Shown here: positions 1-12,400 of the stretch, one piece after another
Position numbering within the stretch: position 1 is the first letter of the stretch
How the letters are laid out: every line of letters starts with the position of its first letter
Assembly: GCA_964016885.1 (NCBI GenBank)
Contig: OZ024743.1
Coordinates: 209,498,001-209,562,000 of the forward strand
Source of the DNA: Eledone cirrhosa
Taxonomy: Eukaryota
DNA length: 64,000 bases
Direction of reading: 5' to 3'
Notes under the pieces: generated by a model
The model's input: only the letters and a program-made list of their open reading frames with translations
Database searches by the model: none
Told to the model about the DNA's origin: nothing
Made by a program: the position numbers and the translations under genes

Positions 1-3000
1 TTTACCATCCTATAGCCACAGATGAAAGCTGTTCACTCCATAAGATATACCACAGTTTACCATCCTATAGCCAGATGAAAGCTCTTCACTCCATAAGATA
101 TACCACAGCTTACCATCCTATAACCACAGATGAAAGCTCTTCACTCCATAAGATATAGCACAGTTTACCATCCTATAGCCAGATGAATGCTCTTCACTCC
201 ATAAGATATACGACAGTTTACCATCCTATAGCCACACATGAAATCTCTTCACTCCATAAGATATACCTCAGTTTATCATCCTATAGCCACAGATGAAAGC
301 TCTTCACTCCATAAGATATACCACAGTTTACCATCCTATAGCCACACATGAAAGCTCTTCACGCCATAAGATATACCTCAGTTTACCATCCTATAGCCAC
401 AGATGAAAGCTCTTCACTCCATAAGATATACCACAGTTTACCATCCTATAGCCACACATGAGAGCTCTTCACACCATAAGATATACCACAGTTTACCATC
501 CTATAGCCAGATGAAAGCTCTTCACTCCATAAAATATACCACAGTTTACCATCCTATAGCCACACATGAAAGCTCTTCACTCCATAAGATATACCACAGT
601 TTACCATCCTATAGCCACACATGAGAGCTCTTCACTCCATAAGATATACCACAGTTTACCATCCTATAGCCACACATGAAAGCTCTTCACTCCATAAGAT
701 ATACCACAGTTTACCATCCTATAGCCACACATGAAAGCTCTTCACTCCATAAAATATACCACAGTTTACCATCCTATAGCCACACATGAGAGCTCTTCAC
801 TCCATAAAATATACCACAGTTTACCATCCTATAGCCACACATGAGAGCTCTTCACTCCATAAGATATACCACAGTTTACCATCATATAGCCACACATGAG
901 AGCTCTTCACTCCATAAGATATACCACAGTTTACCATCCTATAGCCACACATGAGAGCTCTTTACTCCATAAGATATACCACAGTTTACCATCCTATAGC
1001 CACACATGAGAGCTCTTCACTCCATAAGATATACCACAGTTTACCATGCTATGGCCACACATGAAAGCTCTTCACTCCATAAGATATACCACTGTTTACC
1101 ATCCTATGGCCACACATGAAAGCTCTTCACTCCATAAGATATACCACAGTTTACAATCCTATGGCCACACATGAAAGCTCTTCACTCCATAATATATTTC
1201 ACAGTTTACCATCCTATAGCCACACATAAGAACTCTTCACTCCATAAGATATACCACTGTTTACCATCCTATGGCCACACATGAAAGCTCTTCACTCCAT
1301 AAGATATACCACTGTTTACCATCCTATGGCCACACATGAAAGCTTTTCACTCCATAAGATATACCACAGTTTACCATCCTATAGCCACACATGAAAGCTC
1401 TTCACTCCATAAGATATACCACTGTTTACCATCCTATGGCCACACATGAAAGCTCTTCACTCCATAAGATATACCACAGTTTACCATCCTATAGCCAGAT
1501 GAAAGCTCTTCACTCCATAAAATATACCACAGTTTACCATCCTATAGCCACAGATGAAAGCTCTTCACTCCATAAGATATACCACTGTTTACCATCCTAT
1601 GGCCACACATGAAAGCTTTTCACTCCATAAGATATACCACAGTTTACCATCCTATAGCCACACATGAAAGCTCTTCACTCCATAAGATATACCACTGTTT
1701 ACCATCCTATGGCCACACTTGAAAGCTCTTCACTCCATAAGATATACCACAGTTTACCATCCTATAGCCAGATGAAAGCTCTTCACTCCATAAGATATAC
1801 CACAGTTTACCACCCTATGGCCACAGATGAAAGCTCTTCACTCCATGAGATATACCACAGTTTACCATCCTATAGCCACGCCACGGATGAAAGCTCTTCA
1901 CTCCATAAGATATACCACAGTTTACAATCCTATAGCCACAGATGAAAGCTCTTCACTCAATAAGATATACCACAGTTTACCATCCTATGGCCACAGATGA
2001 AAGCTCTTCACTCCATAAGATATACCACAGTTTACCATCCTATGGCTAGAGATGAAAGCTCTTCACTCCATAAGATATACCACAGTTTACCACCCTATGG
2101 CCACAGATGAGAGCTCTTCACTCCATAAGATATACCACAGTTTACCATCTTATAGCCACGCCACGGATGAAAGCTCTTCACTCCATAAGATATACCACAG
2201 TTTACCATCCTATAGTCACACATGAAAGCTCTTCACTCCATAAGATATAACACAATTTACCATCCTATAGCCAGATGAAAGTTCTTCACTCCATAAGATA
2301 TACCACAGTTTACTATCCTATAGCCACAGATGAAAGCTCTTCACTCCATAAGATATACCACAGTTTACCATCCTATAGCCACAGATGAAAGCTCTTTACT
2401 CCATAAGATATACCACAGTTTACCATCCTATAGCCACAGATGAAAGCTGTTCACTCCATAAGATATACCACAGTTTACCATCCTATAGCCACACATGAAA
2501 GCTCTTCACTCCATAAGATATACCACAGTTTACCATCCTATAGCCACACATGAAAGCTGTTCACTCCATAAGATATACGACAGTTTACCATCCTATAGCC
2601 ACAGATGAAAGCTGTTCACTCCATAAGATATACAACAGTTTACCATCCTATAGCCAGATGAAAGCTCTTCACTCCATAAGATATACCACAGCTTACCATC
2701 CTATAGCCACAGATGAAAGCTGTTCACTCCATAAGATATACCACAGTTTACCATCCTATAGCCAGATGAAAGCTCTTCACTCCATAAGATATACCACAGT
2801 TTACCATCCTATAGCCACAGATGAAAGCTCTTCACTCCATAAAATATACCACAGTTTACCATCCCAAAGCCACAGATGAAAGCTCTTCACTCCATGAGAT
2901 ATACCACAGTTTACCATCCTATAGCCACGCCACGGATGAAAGCTCTTCACTCCATAAGATATACCACAGTTTACAATCCTATAGCCACAGATGAAAGCTC

Positions 3001-6000
3001 TTCACTCAATAAGATATACCACAGTTTACCATCCTATTGCCACAGATGAAAGCTCTTCACTCCATAAGATATACCACAGTTTACCATCCTATGGCCACAG
3101 ATGAAAGCTCTTCACTCCATAAGATATACCACAGTTTACCACCCTATGGCCACAGATGAAAGCTCTTCACTCCATAAGATATACCACAGTTTACCATCTT
3201 ATAGCCACACCACGGATGAAAGCTCTTCACTCCATAAGATATACCACAGTTTACCATCCTATAGCCACACATGAAAGCTCTTCACTGCATAAAATATACC
3301 ACAGTTTACCATCCTATAGCCACACATGAAAGCTCTTCACTCAATAAAATATACCACAGTTTACCATCCTATAGCCATACATGAAAGCTCTTCACTCCAT
3401 AAGATATACCACTTTTTACCATCCTATAGCCACACATGAGAGCTCTTCACTCCATAAGATATACCACAGTTTACCATACTATAGCCACACATGAGAGCTC
3501 TTCACTCCATAAGATATACCACAGTTTACCATCCTATAGCCACACATGAGAGCTCTTTACTCCATAAGATATACCACAGTTTACCATCCTATAGCCACAC
3601 ATGAGAGCTCTTAACTCCATAAGATATACCACAGTTTACCATGCTATGGCCACACATGAAAGCTCTTCACTCCATAAGATATACCACTGTTTACCATCCT
3701 ATGGCCACACATGAAAGCTCTTCACTCCATACGATATACCACACTTTACAATCCTATGGCCACACATGAAAGCTCTTCACTCCATAATATATTCCACAGT
3801 TTACCATCCTATAGCCACACATGAGAGCTCTTCACTCCATAAGATATACCACTGTTTACCATCCTATGGCCACACATGAAAGCTTTTCACTCCATAACAT
3901 ATACCACAGTTTACCATCCTATAGCCACACATGAAAGCTCTTCACTCCATAAGATATACGACTGTTTACCATCATATGGCCACACATGAAAGCTCTTCAC
4001 TCCATAAGATATACCACAGTTTACCATCCTATAGCCAGATGAAAGCTCTTCACTCCATAAAATATACCACAGTTTACCATCCTATAGCCACAGATGAAAG
4101 CTCTTCACTCCATAAGATATACCACAGTTTACCATCCTATAGCCAGATGAAAGCTCTTCACTCCATAAGATATACCACAGTTTACCACCCTATGGCCACA
4201 GATGAAAGCTCTTCACTCCATGAGATATACCACAGTTTACCATCCTATAGCCACGCCACGGATGAAAGCTCTTCACTCCATAAGATATACCACAGTTTAC
4301 AATCCTATAGCCACAGATGAAAGCTCTTCACTCAATAAGATATACCACATTTTACCATCCTATGGCCACAGATGAAAGCTCTTCACTCCATAAGATATAC
4401 CACAGTTTACCATCCTATGGCCACAGATGAAAGCTCTTCACTCCATAAGATATACCACTGTTTACCATCCTATGGCCACACATGAAAGCTCTTCACTCCA
4501 TAAGATATACCACAGCTTACCATCCTATAGCCAGATGAAAGCTCTTCACTCCATAAAATATACCACAGTTTACCATCCTATAGCCACACATGAAAGCTCT
4601 TCACTCCATAAGATATACCACAGTTTACCATCATATTGCCAGATGAAAGTTCTTCACTCCATAAGATATACCACAGTTTACCACCCTATGGCCACAGATG
4701 AAAGCTCTTCACTCCATGAGATATACCACAGTTTACCATCCTATAGCCACGCCACGGATGAAAGCTCTTCACTCCATAAGATATACCACAGTTTACCATC
4801 CTATAGTCACACATGAAAGCTCTTCACTCCATAAGATATAACACAGTTTACCATCCTATAGCCAGATGAAAGTTCTTCACTCCATAAGATATACCATAGT
4901 TTACTATCCTATAGCCACAGATGAAAGCTTTTCACTCCATAAGATATACCACAGTTTACCATCCTATAGCCACAGATGAAAGCTCTTCACTCCATAAGAT
5001 ATACCACAGTTTACCATCCTATAGCCACAGATGAAAGCTGTTCACTCCATAAGATATACCACAGTTTACCATCCTATAGCCACACATGAAAGCTCTTCAC
5101 TCCATAAGATATACCACAGTTTACCATCCTATAGCCACAGATGAAAGCTGTTCACTCCATAAGATATACGACAGTTTACCATCCTATAGCCACAGATGAA
5201 AGCTGCTCACTCCATAAGATATACCACAGTTTACCATCCTATAGCCAGATGAAAGCTCTTCACTCCATAAGATATACCACAGCTTACCATCCTATAGCCA
5301 CATATGAAAGCTGTTCACTCCATAAGATATACCACAGTTTACCATCCTATAGCCAGATGAAAGCTCTTCACTCCGTAAAATATACCACAGTGTACCATCC
5401 TGTAGCCACACATGAGAGCTCGTCACTCCATAAGATATACCACAGTTTACCATCCTATAGCCACAGATGAGAGCTCTTCACTCCATAAGATATACCACAG
5501 TTTACAATCCTATGGCCACACATGAAAGCTCTTCACTCCATAATATATTCCACAGATAACCATCCTATAGCCTTACATGAGAGCTCTTCACTCCATAAGA
5601 TATACCACTGTTTACCATCCTATGGCCACACATGAAGGCTCTTCACTCCATAAGATATACCACAGTTTACCATCCTATAGCCAGATGAAAGCTCTTCACT
5701 CCATAAGATATACCACAGTTTACCATCCTATAGCCACGCCACGGATGAAAGCACTTCATTCCATAAGATATACCACAGTTTACAATCCTATAGCCACACA
5801 TGAAAGCTCTTCACTCCATAAGATATACCAAAGTTTACCATCCTATAGCCACACATGAAAGCTCTTCACTCCATAAGATATACCACAGTTTACCATCCTA
5901 TAGCCACGCCACAGATGAAAGCTCTTCACTCCATAAGATATACCACAGTTTACAATCCTATAGCCACAGATGAAAGCTCTTCACTCCATAAGATATACCA

Positions 6001-9000
6001 CAGTTTACCATCCTATTGCCACACATGAAAGCTCTTCACTCCATAAGATATAGCACAGTTTACCATCCTATAGGCACACATGAAAGCTCTTCACTCCATA
6101 AGATATAGCACAGTTTACCATCCTATAGCCAGATGAATGCTCTTCACTCCATAAGATATACGACAGTTTACCATCCTATAGCCACACATGAAATCTCTTC
6201 ACTCCATAAGATATACATCAGTTTACCATCCTATAGCCACAGATGAAAGCTCTTCACACCATAAGATATACCTCAGTTTACCATCCTATAGCCACAGATG
6301 AAAGCTCTGCACTCCATAAGATATACCACAGTTTACCATCCTATTGCCACACATGAAAGCTCTTCACTCCATAAGATATAGCACAGTTTACCATCCTATA
6401 GCCACACATGAGAGCTCTTCACTCCATAAGATATACCACAGTTTACCATCCTATAGCCAGATGAAAGCTCTTCACTCCATAAAATATACCACAGTTTACC
6501 ATCCTATAGCCACACATGAAAGCTCTTCACTCCATAAGATATAACACAGTTTACCATCCTATAGCCACACATGAGAGCTCTTCACTCCATAAGATATACC
6601 ACAGTTTACCATCCTATAGCCACACATGAAAGCTCTTCACTCCATAAGATATACCACAGTTTACCATCCTATAGCCACACATGAAAGCTCTTCACTCCAT
6701 AAAATATACCACAGTTTACCATCCTATAGCCACACATGAGAGCTCTTCACCCCATAAGATATACCACAGTTTACCATCCTATAGCCAGATGAAAGCTCTT
6801 CACTCCGTAAAATATACCACATTTTACCATCCTGTAGCCACACATGAGAGCTCTTCACTCCATAAAATATACCACAGTTTACCATTCTATAGCCACACAT
6901 GAGAGTTCTTCACTCCATAAGATATACCACTGTTTACCATCCTATGGCCACACATGAAAGCTCTTCACTCCATAAGATATACCACAGTTTACAATCCTAT
7001 GGCCACACATGAAAGCTCTTCACTCCATAAGATATACCACAGTTTACCATCCTATAGCCACACATGAAAGCTCTTCACTCCATAAGATATACCACAGTTT
7101 ACCATCCTATAGCCACGCCACGGATGAAAGCTCTTCACTCCATGAGATATACCACAGTTTACAATCCTATAGCCACAGATGAAAGCTCTTCACTCCATAA
7201 GATATACCACAGTTTACCATCCTATTGCCACACATGAAAGCTCTTCACTCCATAAGATATAGCACAGTTTACCATCCTATAGGCACACATGAAAGCTCTT
7301 CACTCCATAAGATATAGCACAGTTTACCATCCTATAGCCAGATGAATGCTCTTCACTCCATAAGATATACGACAGTTTACAATCCTATAGCCACACATGA
7401 AATCTCTTCACTTCATAAGATATACCACAGTTTACCATCCTATAGCCACACATGAAAGCTCTTCACGCCATAAGATATACCTCAGTTTACCATCCTATAG
7501 CCACAGATGAAAGCTCTTCACTCCATAAGATATACGACAGTTTACCATCCTATAGCCACACATGAGAGCTCTTCACTCCATAAGATATACCACAGTTTCC
7601 CATCCTATAGCCAGATGAAAGCTCTTCACTCCATAAAATATACCACAGTTTACAATCCTATAGCCACACATGAAAGCTCTTCACTCCGTTAGATATACCA
7701 CAGTTTACCATCCTATAGCCACACATGAGAGCTCTTCACTCCATAAGATATACCACAGTTTACCATCCTATAGCCACACATGACAGCTCTTCACTCCATA
7801 AGATATACCACAGTTTACCATGCTATGGCCACACATGAAAGCTCTTCACTCCATAAGATATACCACTGTTTACCATCCTATAGCCACACATGAAAGCTCT
7901 TCACTCCATAAGATATACCACAGTTTACCATCCTGTAGCCAGATGAAAGCTCTTCACTCCATAAGATATACCACAGTTTACCATCCTATAGCCACGCCAC
8001 GGATGAAAGCACTTCATTCCATAAGATATACCACAGTTTACAATCCTATAGCCACACATGAAAGCTCTTCACTCCATAAGATATACCACAGTTTACTATC
8101 CTATAGCCACACATGAAAGCTCTTCACTCCATAAGATATACCACAGTTTACCATCCTATAGCCACGCCACGGATGAAAGTTCTTCACTCCATGAGATATA
8201 CCACAGTTTACCATCTTATAGCCACACATGAAAGCTCTTCACTCCATAAGATATACCACAGTTTACCATCCTATTGCCACACATGAAATCTCTTCACTCC
8301 ATAAGATATAGCACAGTTTACCATCGTATAGGCACACATGAAAGCTCTTCACTCCATAAGATATAGCACAGTTTACCATCCTATAGCCAGATGAATGCTC
8401 TTCACTCCATAAGATATACGACAGTTTACCATCCTATAGCCACACATGAAATCTCTTCACTCCATAAGATATACCTCAGTTTATCATCCTATAGCCACAG
8501 ATGAAAGCTCTTCACTCCATAAGATATACCACAGTTTACCATCCTATAGCCACAGATGAAAGCTCTTCACGCCATAAGATATACCTCAGTTTACCATCCT
8601 ATAGCCACAGATGAAAGCTCTTCACTCCATAAGATATACCACAGTTTACCATCCTATAGCCACACATGAAAGCTCTTCACGCCATAAGATATACCTCAGT
8701 TTACCATCCTATAGCCACAGATGAAAGCTCTTCACTCCATAAGATATACCACAGTTTACCATCCTATAGCCACACATGAGAGCTCTTCACACCATAAGAT
8801 ATACCACAGTTTACCATCCTATAGCCAGATGAAAGCTCTTCACTCCATAAAATATACCACAGTTTACCATCCTATAGCCACACATGAAAGCTCTTCACTC
8901 CATAAGATATACCACAGTTTACCATCCTATAGCCACACATGAAAGCTCTTCACTCCATAAGATATACCACAGTTTACCATCCTATAGCCACACATGAAAG

Positions 9001-9433
9001 CTCTTCACTCCATAAAATATACCACAGTTTACCATCCTATAGCCATACATGAAAGCTCTTCACTCCATAAGATATACCACTGTTTACCATCCTATAGCCA
9101 CACATGAGAGCTCTTCACTCCATAAAATATACCACAGTTTACCATCCTATAGCCACACATGAGAGCTCTTCACTCCATAAGATATACCACAGTTTACCAT
9201 CATATAGCCACACATGAGAGCTCTTCACTCCATAAGATATACCACAGTTTACCATCCTATAGCCACACATGAGAGCTCTTTACTCCATAAGATATACCAC
9301 AGTTTACCATCCTATAGCCACACATGAGAGCTCTTCACTCCATCAGATATACCACAGTTTACCATGCTATGGCCACACATGAAAGCTCTTCACTCCATAA
9401 GATATACCACTGTTTACCATCCTATGGCCACAC

Positions 9434-12400
9434 ATGAAAGCTCTTCACTCCATAAGATATACCACAGTTTACAATCCTATGGCCACACATGAAAGCTCTT
9501 CACTCCATAATATATTTCACAGTTTACCATCCTATAGCCACACATAAGAGCTCTTCACTCCATAAGATATACCACTGTTTACCATCCTATGGCCACACAT
9601 GAAAGCTCTTCACTCCATAAGATATACCACTGTTTACCATCCTATGGCCACACATGAAAGCTTTTCACTCCATAAGATATACCACAGTTTACCATCCTAT
9701 AGCCACACATGAAAGCTCTTCACTCCATAAGATATACCACTGTTTACCATCCTATGGCCACACATGAAAGCTCTTCACTCCATAAGATATACCACAGTTT
9801 ACCATCCTATAGCCAGATGAAAGCTCTTCACTCCATAAAATATACCACAGTTTACCATCCTATAGCCACAGATGAAAGCTCTTCACTCCATAAGATATAC
9901 CACTGTTTACCATCCTATGGCCACACATGAAAGCTTTTCACTCCATAAGATATACCACAGTTTACCATCCTATAGCCACACATGAAAGCTCTTCACTCCA
10001 TAAGATATACCACTGTTTACCATCCTATGGCCACACATGAAAGCTCTTCACTCCATAAGATATACCACAGTTTACCATCCTATAGCCAGATGAAAGCTCT
10101 TCACTCCATAAGATATACCACAGTTTACCACCCTATGGCCACAGATGAAAGCTCTTCACTCCATGAGATATACCACAGTTTACCATCCTATAGCCACGCC
10201 ACGGATGAAAGCTCTTCACTCCATAAGATATACCACAGTTTACAATCCTATAGCCGCAGATGAAAGCTCTTCACTCAATAAGATATACCACAGTTTACCA
10301 TCCTATGGCCACAGATGAAAGCTCTTCACTCCATAAGATATACCACAGTTTACCATCCTATGGCCAGAGATGAAAGCTCTTCACTCCATAAGATATACCA
10401 CAGTTTACCACCCTATGGCCACAGATGAGAGCTCTTCACTCCATAAGATATACCACAGTTTACCATCTTATAGCCACGCCACGGATGAAAGCTCTTCACT
10501 CCATAAGATATACCACAGTTTACCATCCTATAGTCACACATGCAAGCTCTTCACTCCATAAGATATAACACAATTTACCATCCTATAGTCAGATGAAAGT
10601 TCTTCACTCCATAAGATATACCACAGTTTACTATCCTATAGCCACAGATGAAAGCTCTTCACTCCATAAGATATACCACAGTTTACCATCCTATAGCCAC
10701 AGATGAAAGCTCTTCACTCCATAAGATATACCACAGTTTACCATCCTATAGCCACAGATGAAAGCTGTTCTCTCCATAAGATATACCACAGTTTACCATC
10801 CTATAGCCACACATGAAAGCTCTTCACTCCATAAGATATACCACAGTTTACCATCCTATAGCCACACATGAAAGCTGTTCACTCCATAAGATATACGACA
10901 GTTTACCATCCTATAGCCACAGATGAAAGCTGTTCACTCCATAAGATATACCACAGTTTACCATCCTATAGCCAGATGAAAGCTCTTCACTCCATAAGAT
11001 ATACCACAGCTTACCATCCTATAGCCACAGATGAAAGCTCTTCACTCCATAAGATATAGCACAGTTTACCATCCTATAGCCAGATGAATGCTCTTCACTC
11101 CATAAGATATACGACAGTTTACCATCCTATAGCCACACATGAAATCTCTTCACTCCATAAGATATACCTCAGTTTATCATCCTATAGCCACAGATGAAAG
11201 CTCTTCACTCCATAAGATATACCACAGTTTACCATCCTATAGCCACACATGAAAGCTCTTCACGCCATAAGATATACCTCAGTTTACCATCCTATAGCCA
11301 CAGATGAAAGCTCTTCACTCCATAAGATATACCACAGTTTACCATCCTATAGCCACACATGAGAGCTCTTCACACCATAAGATATACCACAGTTTACCAT
11401 CCTATAGCCAGATGAAAGCTCTTCACTCCATAAAATATACCACAATTTACCATCCTATAGCCACACATGAAAGCTCTTCACTCCATAAGATATACCACAG
11501 TTTACCATCCTATAGCCACACATGAGAGCTCTTCACTCCATAAGATATACCACAGTTTACCATCCTATAGCCACACATGAAAGCTCTTCACTCCATAAGA
11601 TATACCACAGTTTACCATCCTATAGCCACACATGAAAGCTCTTCACTCCATAAAATATACCACAGTTTACCATCCTATAGCCATACATGAAAGCTCTTCA
11701 CTCCATAAGATATACCACTGTTTACCATCCTATAGCCACACATGAGAGCTCTTCACTCCATAAAATATACCACAGTTTACCATCCTATAGCCACACATGA
11801 GAGCTCTTCACTCCATAAGATATACCACAGTTTACCATCATATAGCCACACATGAGAGCTCTTCACTCCATAAGATATACCACAGTTTACCATCCTATAG
11901 CCACACATGAGAGCTCTTTACTCCATAAGATATACCACAGTTTACCATCCTATAGCCACACATGAGAGCTCTTCACTCCATAAGATATACCACAGTTTAC
12001 CATGCTATGGCCACACATGAAAGCTCTTCACTCCATAAGATATACCACTGTTTACCATCCTATGGCCACACATGAAAGCTCTTCACTCCATAAGATATAC
12101 CACAGTTTACAATCCTATGGCCACACATGAAAGCTCTTCACTCCATAATATATTTCACAGTTTACCATCCTATAGCCACACATAAGAGCTCTTCACTCCA
12201 TAAGATATACCACTGTTTACCATCCTATGGCCACACATGAAAGCTCTTCACTCCATAAGATATACCACTGTTTACCATCCTATGGCCACACATGAAAGCT
12301 TTTCACTCCATAAGATATACCACAGTTTACCATCCTATAGCCACACATGAAAGCTCTTCACTCCATAAGATATACCACTGTTTACCATCCTATGGCCACA

